Shown: positions 1 to 8,728 of the stretch, in pieces
Layout: the number at the start of each line of letters is the position of its first letter
Position numbering within the stretch: the stretch's first letter is position 1
Assembly: GCA_049598575.1 (NCBI GenBank)
Contig: JBMYNT010000004.1
Location: 1 to 57,482, forward strand
Direction of reading: 5' to 3'
Length of the DNA stretch: 57,482 nt
Source of the DNA: Candidatus Poseidoniaceae archaeon
Lineage (GTDB): Archaea > Thermoplasmatota > Poseidoniia > Poseidoniales > Poseidoniaceae
Made by a program: the position numbers and the translations under genes
Notes under the pieces: model-generated
Database searches by the model: none
What the model was told of the DNA's origin: nothing
What the model saw: the letters and a program-made list of their open reading frames with translations, nothing else

Positions 1-450
1 AATATCAAGGACAACAACGTAGGTTGTTCCAGGATTCAATGTGATGACTGGAGTAGCAACTGTGTCACCGTCTCCATCGTGAGCTGTTGCTCCACTGAAG
101 TCACCGTCATCGAATACAGCGCTACCGGCACCGTCGTCACAGATAACAGTGAACGCAAGGTCATCACCTTGAATTGGTTCTGAACCTGGCGCCAACTCGA
201 AGGTTGAGAAGAGTTGTTCTGCACCTCCGGTCATGCTATCGATAACGGTTGAGAGCAGAATGACCTTCGTGGACATCTGCTCTTGGGTGTCGTCACCGCT
301 GGCTTGTGCGTTCTGTTGCAGCTTTTCTGCGGTCTGAATGATGACCGCTGCCGCTACTGCCGCAACCAAGATCAATGCAATGAATACAATCATTGCACCG
401 ATACCGATTGCAGCAAGTTCGTCTTGCTTCGTTTCTTTTTCGGTTTTCAT
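1..450 (-). CDS. flaB: Archaellin (archaeal flagellin, FlaB/ArlB); 3' end truncated by the window edge; absent from the ORF track
   Basis: Manual translation from ATG at 450 gives MKTEKETKQDELA-AIGIGAMIVFIALILVAAVAAAVIIQTAEKLQQNAQ...ELAPGSEPI..., the conserved archaellin N-terminal helix (xxGIGxLIVFIAxxLVAAVAAxVLI..LQQ) plus the LAPGS motif. The frame is open to base 1. GGTGA SD lies in an A-rich stretch upstream. Confidence 0.92.
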   Translation of the reverse strand, partial: MKTEKETKQDELAAIGIGAMIVFIALILVAAVAAAVIIQTAEKLQQNAQASGDDTQEQMSTKVILLSTVIDSMTGGAEQLFSTFELAPGSEPIQGDDLAFTVICDDGAGSAVFDDGDFSGATAHDGDGDTVATPVITLNPGTTYVVVLDI

Positions 451-465
451 TTTTTTCACCTTTTT

Positions 466-510
466 TTACTCGTCCTCCCTCAAGCGAGGGTGGAATGGGA
501 TGTGGGTCAC
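466..510 (-). CDS. Putative 14-aa micro-ORF (MTHIPFHPRLREDE)
   Basis: The GTG start overlaps the upstream stop (GTGA), with GGAGGTG SD at 515-521 (4-nt spacer) and TAA at 466-468. No homology evidence. Confidence 0.3.
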   Translation of the reverse strand: MTHIPFHPRLREDE

Positions 511-1499
511 GGAGCACCTCCATGACCCAAGTCAATTCGAAGTGGAATGCGAATAACAGCCACCTCGTCAGGCGTGAGCCTGCTGATGAATGGCACCTTG
601 TCAGCCGTAAAGCCCGGTGGCATCCATGGATGAATGAGAACATCGACGAGTGGTTCCATCGATCTGTTTTGTGCACGAACGGTTACAATCACGTTACCAT
701 TTCTCATTTCGTACCCGGTCGCAATTGAAAGTTTTCGTGAAAGTGGGATTTCGTCCGCTCCATGTCGACGATCCGCTTGAATCTCAAATCGCACTGGAAG
801 ATTGCCTCCAGGGCCAATGACTGGAACATCGATGAAGGATGGTTTTGCAACCCATCCCTCAGGCACTGGAGGAGCAAGACGCATCATCGGCAATGGAATG
901 TCACCGTCGTTGATGATTCGAACAAGAAGGATGCCTGTCTCTCCTCCAGCAGGCCATCGTGTATCAACAGAGAGCCAGAAATGACGGAACAGGAATGGGT
1001 TAAGGGTTGAAGAATTACCGCCGATGAGATCGTCGACAAGGTACTCGACTTCGGTAGCAGCATAGCCAACATCGCCAATTTCAGCAGCACCTGTTGCATT
1101 TCGGAGACGACGAAGAACGTTCTCGACCTCTTCTTCAGCAAGTGCTTTTTCTCGCAACAATCGATGCAACATGGCGATACTGCGTCGCAGGTACAGAACA
1201 TCCTCCTCGAGGACATTGAGTGCTTTTTCAGCCCGACGTACGCTCTTGCGAGCACGACGCAATCGGTGTGTTTCGAGGAAGGTCTTGGCCTGAAGCAGGT
1301 CAAGTTCAGTGGTTGCGAGCGAGTTGACCTCATCGCTAACGACGTTCTGTACGAGAGACTCGAGCTCACGGCTGGCCTGCATCAAACGCTGAGCAGATTC
1401 AGTGGATGCCGCAATTGCAGCTTGCGCATCCGATAAATCTCCATCGCCTAGTTCAGAGTCCATGATGAAATCATCCTGCTCAGCTTTGCTCTTCGCCAT
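507..1499 (-). CDS. Hypothetical protein: N-terminal coiled coil plus C-terminal NEW3/NPCBM-assoc-like Ig domain(s), no signal peptide
   Basis: 330-aa ORF with GGAGGTG SD (1507-1513). The N-terminal half is helical and heptad-rich. 'LLVRIINDG...PPVPEGW...VIGPGG...VRFEI' is a NEW3/CARDB-like pattern. Confidence 0.85.
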   Translation of the reverse strand: MAKSKAEQDDFIMDSELGDGDLSDAQAAIAASTESAQRLMQASRELESLVQNVVSDEVNSLATTELDLLQAKTFLETHRLRRARKSVRRAEKALNVLEEDVLYLRRSIAMLHRLLREKALAEEEVENVLRRLRNATGAAEIGDVGYAATEVEYLVDDLIGGNSSTLNPFLFRHFWLSVDTRWPAGGETGILLVRIINDGDIPLPMMRLAPPVPEGWVAKPSFIDVPVIGPGGNLPVRFEIQADRRHGADEIPLSRKLSIATGYEMRNGNVIVTVRAQNRSMEPLVDVLIHPWMPPGFTADKVPFISRLTPDEVAVIRIPLRIDLGHGGAP

Positions 1500-4400
1500 T
1501 TGATGTCACCTCCTCTGAAGATTCTGTGTTTGCTTGACCGTCTGAACTTACAACCGATTGAGGTTGCTCAAGGATGGCAGAGAGGTCAAGTCCATCCATA
1601 GCAAGGTCGTTGAGAAGACGCGCTGGATCACCAAGGTCACGTTCGATTCGTGTTGCTTTGACCTCGATATCCGTGAGTTTGCCGTAGAGGGAACCATACA
1701 ACTTGTTGGCACGTCGAAGGATAAACCAAACAACGATGGTCGACAAGAGAATGTAACCGACAAGCGAAATCAGGTTGGCCTCATCGGGCGTCATTTGTGG
1801 AGGCAGACCCAAGACGACGCCAACAAACCCAAGCAATGGGAGACTGAGAATGATGGTGAGTTGCCGACGCGAGTCTGTAAGCGCTTGGAAGTGATCAGCA
1901 TAGATGGTCGAGATGCCTTTTCGAGCACGTTGGTAATCTTCGTGAATGTAGCGGAATTCTTCGCTGCTTCGCCATGCCATTCTCCAAACCCATAGAGAGG
2001 CAAGCACGATTGAAACAGGACCCCACCATGCTGCATCATACAGATGGAAGAGGAATCCAAGCATGATGACACCTGAGTAGACTGCACCAAGGCGGTACTT
2101 CTCGTTCTGATTGGTCAGACCGAGTAAACCGATGGTGACAATCAACGCAATACCGAATCCTGCAAACGCAGTGAGTGTGGAAGGAGCGTTTGAGTCGACT
2201 TCTTGCGTGAAGACCACAACATCGTTTTCGACGACATTGTTGAGCGCATAGTCGGATTGGATACTTACTGTACAGTCTGCAGCCTTGCTTTGCTCCCACC
2301 AATCCAACGTTTCACCAGTGATCTTCCAACGCAACGTTTCAATCTCGCCCTCTGCAAGGAAGGGAATGAACGCTGGAGCATCTTCGATAACCAATCCATC
2401 ACAAACGAGTTGAGCTCCAATACCGACTGCGAGTGCTGTTCCTTCGTTCTTTAAATCAAACTCGATGTACGTTGTTTGACCTTCCATGATGAAGTCAAGT
2501 TCATTCCCTTCTGAATCAACGAGTCGTTGAGAATCGGGGTCGATCATCGGGTCGGCATAGACGTTCAATGCAAAGCGGAATGTCTCCTCCGTAATTGGTT
2601 CGTTCGGATCGGGATGGTGCAATCGCATCGTGATGTCGTACCCATCACCCGGCAGAATGTTTGGCCGATCAGGGACTTTGACATTGAAAATGAGGTTCGG
2701 GGAGAGGACGTAAGCAGGTCGCTCGGGAAGTTCGATCAGTTCACTTCCCGGAACACATGGGGCTGAGAGATTGATGTAGTGTACACTCTCTTCCCCTTCG
2801 AGATTGATGAGTGAAATGTTCCAGACGTAATCCTCTTCGTCAAGGCCCAGGTCTGCGATATCAAGGATGCGTTCGATTCCACAAAACTCGATGGAGTACG
2901 CTGCTGGAGCAGTGTTGAGGAACGGAATGTGTGAATACTCGATTGGAACGGTGACTGGATTATCGTTCGCAGGTGCTTGGAGTTTGTCTGCGTATCCAAT
3001 GTCGAACAGTCGCTTCATTTTGAGTGACGTCATCAATTCGCCGCTTCCGTCAACATCAACATCTGTTGGCACAATGGTAACTCGGAGGTCCGCAGCAGTC
3101 GAGAGTGTTGTACTACTGCTGCCTGCAGCGTTCTTGTCAACACTCACAGTCAGCTCGACTGGTACGTTTCGACGGAGCAACAACTGCGTCGATGAATCTC
3201 CTGTGTTGACGATCCAATCATCACTCGCGGTTGTTAAGCCAGGTGCGCGAACTTCGTAGCCGATGTCAACGTAGACATCTTTGTTTCCTGTATTGGTGAT
3301 GATGGCGTTCCACTGGCGATTATCCCCCTCGTGGAAGAAGTATTCGTTTTCCCATCCCTCGATGGTGTATGTGAACACTGGAGCAACGAGCAGTTGCACT
3401 TTTTTGAGCACATAAACATCACCAGTATCTGGATTGTAGACCGTCAAATTCGCATCGTGAACGGCTCCGTTGAGCAGATTGTCGGTCCCGTCAAGCGCTG
3501 GGATATCAATGTCGAAGGAGCCATTCGAGATTCCGTTGATCGGGACGGTGAACGATTGAACGGTAGGTGTTGTACTCCATCCACCATCAACGGTGATGTT
3601 GACGTTTACAGTTTCAACAAGATTCCCTGTGTTCGTCAGACCAAACGGCAATGTTAGCACGGTGCCAGGTACAGCGGCGAGGGAATCGGGCGAAGTCAGT
3701 TGGACATCGTGGACCTCAGAGATGTTGGCAACGATGTTTGCATTGAGCTCGACTAGGTCACCATTTTCGTTAATCATGGACACGGTTAAAACCGACATGT
3801 AGAATTCATCAGCACTTGCATCGGGCGAAGGAATGATGTTGACGCGGACAGATGATGAATATCCAGCGGCGATGACAACCGATGGGGAAGAGTCGAGTTC
3901 GAAAAGAACATCCTCGTATCCTCCGTTGTCCAACGATACAGCAAACGTTGTCGGTCCATTGCCAGTATTCTCGATGTTGACAAACGCAGACAATTGCTCG
4001 TACGGTGTGATGTCAATTGATTGACTGGTTGGCGTTAACGATGCACTGATTGTTTCACCGACGCGAATGTCCATGGTTTGTTGACCAATGTAGGCACCAG
4101 AGTCGAGGTCAAAGTAGCGAACGGTGAGAGGCTGCAGGAGTTGCGAAGGGGCCAGTGGGTCCGTCTTGACTGTCAGTGTCACAAGAGAAAGATGCCCGCC
4201 ACTCGTAGCTGGATAATCCTCGAAATCACTTGCAAGGTCTAGAATGGTGTTGTTAGGACCGGTTGTTGTAAGATTTGCATACCAGCCACTTGGTAAATTC
4301 TCGACGATTTCAAGACGATAGGAGGATCGGTCATTGCCGGTGTTTCCAAACGTGAACATGAAATCTGTATCAACGCCGACATCGGCATCGAGTGGTCCTG

Positions 4401-6375
4401 TCTCGGTAATTTCACCATCGACGACCTTCGGTACAACGATTGAAAGATTCTGCTCGATGACAGGCGCATAAACTGCTGAGGCAGTGTGTGTGCTACCAAG
4501 CGTTGGCGTTGTAGTCACTGGGATTTTGACGGTCCCTGAAAGTGGAAGTTGGCCAGTTCGGCTCTGAATCCCAAGAGATGCAGGGAAGGATTCTCCAAGG
4601 GTCAAACCGTTGGTTTGGCCCGGTGTCACTGAGGCATTCCAACGATCAGCTTCGTTGAATCCACCTGATGTCAACGCTTCGAATGTGATATCGCCAACAG
4701 TGATGTTTGCATCGATTGTTTCAGCCAAATCGGAGACAAGGTTGTGACGAACTTGGACCTCAAGAGCAAGAATTTCATTCACGCCAATGGTTGAACCAGC
4801 ATTCATCACGTCACTTTCAGAAAGGACGATGGTATCCACAGGAAGGCCGGGGTCAACGACAATCGCAGGACGTACCTCAATTTGACCGGAATCGGTTGTT
4901 GGGATGCTGCCAACATCTGCTTGGGCGATGATGAAAGCACTCAGGCTGTCTCCTGCACGGTTGTGCTCGGCAGGAACCAACGGAAGTTGAATCGAAGGAA
5001 CTTCAACATGAATGAATCCAGATACGGTTTGGCCGACTTGAAGTTCACCAGTGTTCTCAATCGAGATGTTGTGAACCCAATTGAGAGCATTCATCGAAAG
5101 GCCCGAAATAAGATTGAAGGATGCCGGTGCGTTGCCTGTATTGGTTACATTGAAGCCGATGGTATCGGTTTTACCGGGAAGCACGTACGTGGTGTCGTTT
5201 GAGACATCGACGGTTGCTTGTAGGAATTCACCAGCCATCACACGCGTCGTGTCTGAAAGACTGTAACCGCTGCCGGCTGAGGTGAGTGAGAGCGAAACAA
5301 TGTCAACATCGGACAGCGCAGCATTATGTGGAACGTTGACCGTGACTGGCAGCGTGGTTGTTTGCCCTGCAGTAAGCGGGCTGGTGGATGTACCATCCAG
5401 TGCCGTATCTGCCCAACCAAGCGTGCTGCTAACGCTGATGTCGAAAATGTCGGTGGTAGAGCCGATGTTTTTGATGATGTAGTACAGTGTAGTTGAATCC
5501 CCTGGCGCTGTGGTACGATCGGAAGGACCGACCATCTCAGCGATGTAATTGCTGAAAATGACATCGAATTCGGAGTGTGTAATTGTATCAGAGCCGGCTG
5601 AACCGTTCATAACCACTCTGACAGACATGTTCCAAAGACCTGTGAGGGAAGCCGCAGAGAACTGTCCGGTCAGCACCTCGCCTTGCGATGAGGAGAATAT
5701 CGACCCCGGCTCCATCGTTTCAGTGTTCGACCAATGTTCGATGGTTGAAGGTGTGTTCGATGCGTTTGTTAGAACAATCTGCATGACGGCTGAAAATGGC
5801 ATAACTCCATCGTTGCGGATGGTTGTGTTGAACATGTGTGACTGGCGGTCGAGGAAGACATACGTGTTCCCTGGTGCAGGAGTTGGAAGGTCGTCAGCGA
5901 TAACGTTCCCCTCACGAAGTGTATCAACATCGAAATCACGTCGATATTCGTTGTTGGCGGTGTTGCCATCGTTCGCACCCGAAACTCGAGCAAAGAGCGT
6001 TTGCGATGGACCTGTTGTCGCAGTCCAACTCAAAAGGTAGGTCGAAGTTCCTGAATTCGCTGTCATGACTCCGAGGTCCACGGTGTCCACGACCTGTTCT
6101 GCGGCATTCGGTGAGCCCTTGTGAACAAGCGAGAGGAACGCGTTACCAGAAGACGTGCCTGCGTTGGAGACGTCGACACGGACTGTGTGCGTGTCAGGAG
6201 CGATGACAAGCCCACTGCTTGTGAAGACCGAGCCCGCCCCGTCGAACTGCATGTTGGTTACCTGGAAATCCGGACCTGCCCGCCCACTTGTTGATGTTGC
6301 ATCGGCAAAAGGAAGCGCCAAGTGTCCAACAAGCAAAGTGACAAGGAGGACAGGAAGCAGCTTATGCCTAAACAT
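1480..6375 (-). CDS. Giant surface protein (1631 aa): signal peptide, repeated NEW3/CARDB-type Ig domains, ~5 C-terminal TM helices and a cytoplasmic coiled coil
   Basis: Hydrophobic N-terminus (MFRHKLLPVLLVTLLVGHLALPFADA); repeated 'N.GN..D.F...V....GW' units; hydrophobic segments near the C-terminus; GGAGGGG SD inside the upstream gene. Confidence 0.92.
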   Translation of the reverse strand: MFRHKLLPVLLVTLLVGHLALPFADATSTSGRAGPDFQVTNMQFDGAGSVFTSSGLVIAPDTHTVRVDVSNAGTSSGNAFLSLVHKGSPNAAEQVVDTVDLGVMTANSGTSTYLLSWTATTGPSQTLFARVSGANDGNTANNEYRRDFDVDTLREGNVIADDLPTPAPGNTYVFLDRQSHMFNTTIRNDGVMPFSAVMQIVLTNASNTPSTIEHWSNTETMEPGSIFSSSQGEVLTGQFSAASLTGLWNMSVRVVMNGSAGSDTITHSEFDVIFSNYIAEMVGPSDRTTAPGDSTTLYYIIKNIGSTTDIFDISVSSTLGWADTALDGTSTSPLTAGQTTTLPVTVNVPHNAALSDVDIVSLSLTSAGSGYSLSDTTRVMAGEFLQATVDVSNDTTYVLPGKTDTIGFNVTNTGNAPASFNLISGLSMNALNWVHNISIENTGELQVGQTVSGFIHVEVPSIQLPLVPAEHNRAGDSLSAFIIAQADVGSIPTTDSGQIEVRPAIVVDPGLPVDTIVLSESDVMNAGSTIGVNEILALEVQVRHNLVSDLAETIDANITVGDITFEALTSGGFNEADRWNASVTPGQTNGLTLGESFPASLGIQSRTGQLPLSGTVKIPVTTTPTLGSTHTASAVYAPVIEQNLSIVVPKVVDGEITETGPLDADVGVDTDFMFTFGNTGNDRSSYRLEIVENLPSGWYANLTTTGPNNTILDLASDFEDYPATSGGHLSLVTLTVKTDPLAPSQLLQPLTVRYFDLDSGAYIGQQTMDIRVGETISASLTPTSQSIDITPYEQLSAFVNIENTGNGPTTFAVSLDNGGYEDVLFELDSSPSVVIAAGYSSSVRVNIIPSPDASADEFYMSVLTVSMINENGDLVELNANIVANISEVHDVQLTSPDSLAAVPGTVLTLPFGLTNTGNLVETVNVNITVDGGWSTTPTVQSFTVPINGISNGSFDIDIPALDGTDNLLNGAVHDANLTVYNPDTGDVYVLKKVQLLVAPVFTYTIEGWENEYFFHEGDNRQWNAIITNTGNKDVYVDIGYEVRAPGLTTASDDWIVNTGDSSTQLLLRRNVPVELTVSVDKNAAGSSSTTLSTAADLRVTIVPTDVDVDGSGELMTSLKMKRLFDIGYADKLQAPANDNPVTVPIEYSHIPFLNTAPAAYSIEFCGIERILDIADLGLDEEDYVWNISLINLEGEESVHYINLSAPCVPGSELIELPERPAYVLSPNLIFNVKVPDRPNILPGDGYDITMRLHHPDPNEPITEETFRFALNVYADPMIDPDSQRLVDSEGNELDFIMEGQTTYIEFDLKNEGTALAVGIGAQLVCDGLVIEDAPAFIPFLAEGEIETLRWKITGETLDWWEQSKAADCTVSIQSDYALNNVVENDVVVFTQEVDSNAPSTLTAFAGFGIALIVTIGLLGLTNQNEKYRLGAVYSGVIMLGFLFHLYDAAWWGPVSIVLASLWVWRMAWRSSEEFRYIHEDYQRARKGISTIYADHFQALTDSRRQLTIILSLPLLGFVGVVLGLPPQMTPDEANLISLVGYILLSTIVVWFILRRANKLYGSLYGKLTDIEVKATRIERDLGDPARLLNDLAMDGLDLSAILEQPQSVVSSDGQANTESSEEVTSNGEEQS

Positions 6376-6799
6376 CGGCGTCCCCTCCTGCTTTTTCGAA
6401 CCGTTGTATGGTCACAGTCTTACCTTGCGATTTCCAAATTTCGAGCAGTTGATTGAGAAGACGGTCGTGTTCTTCGTCCGAAATTCCGAGTCGTCTGCGT
6501 TCTTCCCATAGGAGCAGTTGCTCCGTGCGAGTTAACAACGAATCTCGAAGGTACAACTCAAGTGTACGCCGGTATGCATCACGATCTGATACGGCGTATA
6601 CGATGGACGTACCCGGCAGCTGGTCTGCACGATTTTGAATGAAGTTACCAAGATTCAGTGCCTCATCGTAGGAAAGATTGCGGCGGTCAAGATCACTTTG
6701 TATGGTCGAAGCGATGCTTTGGAGTTCGTACTTGGTTTTAGCACGTTGAATTTTCTTGAAGTACTTGCGGCTTCGTCGCGTCATGCTTGGAGCCGCCAT
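6368..6799 (-). CDS. Hypothetical protein with a C-terminal TerB-like helical motif
   Basis: ATG 6799 (MAAPSM) preferred over the track start because GGAGA lies upstream. 'YLRDSLLTRTEQLLLWEERRRLGISDEEHDRLL' resembles TerB-type DG.IT..E..LL..LR..LGIS.EEH segments. Its stop overlaps the next start. Confidence 0.78.
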   Translation of the reverse strand: MAAPSMTRRSRKYFKKIQRAKTKYELQSIASTIQSDLDRRNLSYDEALNLGNFIQNRADQLPGTSIVYAVSDRDAYRRTLELYLRDSLLTRTEQLLLWEERRRLGISDEEHDRLLNQLLEIWKSQGKTVTIQRFEKAGGDADV

Positions 6800-6840
6800 G
6801 ATTACTCTTCTCCACTGGCAGTTTATCAAACAATTGCCTC

Positions 6841-6898
6841 TAAACCATTAAATTATTTATTATGCATCATATTGTATGCATTTTGCATTATAATGTTT
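6841..6898. promoter_or_regulatory. AT-rich divergent promoter region with palindromic elements
   Basis: Very AT-rich tract between divergent starts (6799 minus, 6957 plus). Contains ATGCAT-N8-ATGCAT (6862-6881), the ATTATAAT palindrome (6887-6894) and TATA-like runs. Confidence 0.55.
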
Positions 6899-6956
6899 GA
6901 ACGACTCCTTGCGGCAAAAACCAAGCATTCATGATGTGCATCAACATCCTAGAAGC

Positions 6957-7442
6957 ATGAGCAACCCTGTAACTCTTGAAATCGGGAACCACGCCCCCTC
7001 CTTCAAATGCCAAGATTCAGCGGGAAACGAGCATGATTTAGCAACATATGGCGCAGAAGGAAAAACAGTTATTCTCTACTTCTACCCTCGAGATTCAACA
7101 CCAGGATGCACGAACCAAGCGTGTGACTTTCGAGACAACATGGGTCGGTTGAACAACGAGGATTATGTTGTCCTTGGTGTATCCAAAGATTCCGAAACAT
7201 CCCATGAAAAGTTCATTGCGAAACAAGAACTCAATTTTCCGCTCTTGATGGATACAGAGGGACATTTGCACGAACTGTTCGGAACATGGCGCATGAAGAA
7301 GAACTACGGAAAGGAGTACCTCGGTTGTGTCCGATCAACATTCGTCATCAATCCAGATGGAACGCTCAAATGGTGTCGATACAACGTCCGAGCAAAAGGT
7401 CACGTTGACATGCTCATGCGTGAGCTAGGATTCGAAGTATGA
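6957..7442 (+). CDS. bcp: Peroxiredoxin, Bcp/PrxQ family
   Basis: YFYPRDSTPGCTNQACDFRD peroxidatic motif with CxxxxC; GVSKDS; RSTFVI. Start at MSNPVTLEIG. Confidence 0.95.
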   Translation: MSNPVTLEIGNHAPSFKCQDSAGNEHDLATYGAEGKTVILYFYPRDSTPGCTNQACDFRDNMGRLNNEDYVVLGVSKDSETSHEKFIAKQELNFPLLMDTEGHLHELFGTWRMKKNYGKEYLGCVRSTFVINPDGTLKWCRYNVRAKGHVDMLMRELGFEV

Positions 7443-7451
7443 GGGCCATCC

Positions 7452-7919
7452 ATGAACGAAGACGTTGGTGGCGAGCGCGTGGCCTTGTCCGCCACATCGT
7501 GTGCCTACGAACCATGCTACATTGGCAAACACCTCAAGGTTGGTGAGAATGTCTCGATCGGTTCGATGTGTCACATTGGCCGCAACGTCACGATCGGGGC
7601 CAACAGCAACATACAGGGGTCGAACTACATCGCAGACAAAACCATCATCGGGAATTCTGTATTCATCGGTCCAAATTCAACAATTCTCAACGATAAGTAT
7701 CCTCCATCAGGTGATGCAAGCAAATGGATTCCGGTTCAGATTGACGACAACGCCGTCATCGGAGGAGGATGCACTGTCCTACCGGGCGCTCACATTGGAG
7801 AGAGGGCAGTGCTTGGAGGCGGTTCCGTTCTGACGAAACCCCTTCCGGATGGAGAAGTATGGGCTGGAAATCCTGCACAATTTCTTATGACTCGGGAAGA
7901 GTACGACAAAAAGAGGTGA
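7452..7919 (+). CDS. Hexapeptide-repeat (left-handed beta-helix) acyltransferase, sugar N-acetyltransferase-like
   Basis: Repeated [IV]GxN[VS]xIG hexapeptides; 'IGPNSTILNDKYP'; C-terminal WAGNPA. Confidence 0.87.
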   Translation: MNEDVGGERVALSATSCAYEPCYIGKHLKVGENVSIGSMCHIGRNVTIGANSNIQGSNYIADKTIIGNSVFIGPNSTILNDKYPPSGDASKWIPVQIDDNAVIGGGCTVLPGAHIGERAVLGGGSVLTKPLPDGEVWAGNPAQFLMTREEYDKKR

Positions 7920-7921
7920 CG

Positions 7922-8728
7922 ATGATGGAAGGCAAAGCACACGTCATCTCGTTTCTCAAGAAATGCATCGATTATGCCAATGCCTCCATCGAACGAAAGC
8001 AAAAACGTGGCGATGTTGAAGACATCGCAAAATGGGAGGCTTATCGCGACTATACTGCACATGCAGTGATGGAGGTTGAAGCAGGTGAGCTTGACCGATG
8101 GTTTCCTTACCAACAAAAGGCGCTCGGAGAATCTGAAGTGAGCACCCTCTGCCTTGATGCACTCACGCACGATGCTCGCTCAGCATGGTTGACGAATCTT
8201 GCAAGTCCACGGCCCTTGGCTCTCATTGCAACGTCATCCGATGAAGGAGTGCGAAACATCGCCCCTTACACCTCGCTATCTGTTGTATCCAATTCACCAC
8301 CGATGGCGGTTGTTTCACTCTCAGCAGATCGAAACAATCGTTGGAGAGATACCTTGCTGAACATGCGACAGACAAAGAAAGCCGTCCTCAATTTCCTCCC
8401 GATCTCATCGGATGCAGCAACCGTGGTTGAACAAACTGCAAAGCCAATCGAACACGCTACGAGCGAGTGGGAGGCGTTTGGGTTGGAAAGTCTAGAAACA
8501 AACGAACTCGTCATGAACGATGCTGCATTTGCCATTGTTGGTGAATTGGTCGAAGAAGTCGATCTTCCTGATGCAAAAGCCAAATTAGCCATCCTCAGGT
8601 TGTCAGAGATTCTCATCCCTGGTGAACTTGATGATGCTCAACCTGCGCACATTCTCTGTCAACACGGTTTGAATCGTCTCATGGCAACGCCGACAGAGTG
8701 GCATTACAACATCGAACGCAGTGTTTGA
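7922..8728 (+). CDS. Flavin reductase-like (DIM6/NTAB family) protein with an extra ~60-aa N-terminal helical domain
   Basis: 'PRPLALIATSSDEGVRNIAPYTSLSVVSNSPP' and 'KDT..N'-like 'RDTLLNMRQTKKAVLNF' are family motifs. GAGGTG SD before ATG 7922; the track's 7769 start overlaps the upstream gene. Confidence 0.82.
   Translation: MMEGKAHVISFLKKCIDYANASIERKQKRGDVEDIAKWEAYRDYTAHAVMEVEAGELDRWFPYQQKALGESEVSTLCLDALTHDARSAWLTNLASPRPLALIATSSDEGVRNIAPYTSLSVVSNSPPMAVVSLSADRNNRWRDTLLNMRQTKKAVLNFLPISSDAATVVEQTAKPIEHATSEWEAFGLESLETNELVMNDAAFAIVGELVEEVDLPDAKAKLAILRLSEILIPGELDDAQPAHILCQHGLNRLMATPTEWHYNIERSV

Noticed and set aside
36-728. Short track ORFs at 36-224, 283-525, 293-676, 338-556 and 393-728
   Set aside because: They are alternative-frame or antisense shadows of the archaellin (1-450, minus) and the 330-aa gene.
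7769-7921. N-terminal extension of the flavin reductase ORF
   Set aside because: It overlaps the acetyltransferase in another frame, and a clear SD supports ATG 7922.
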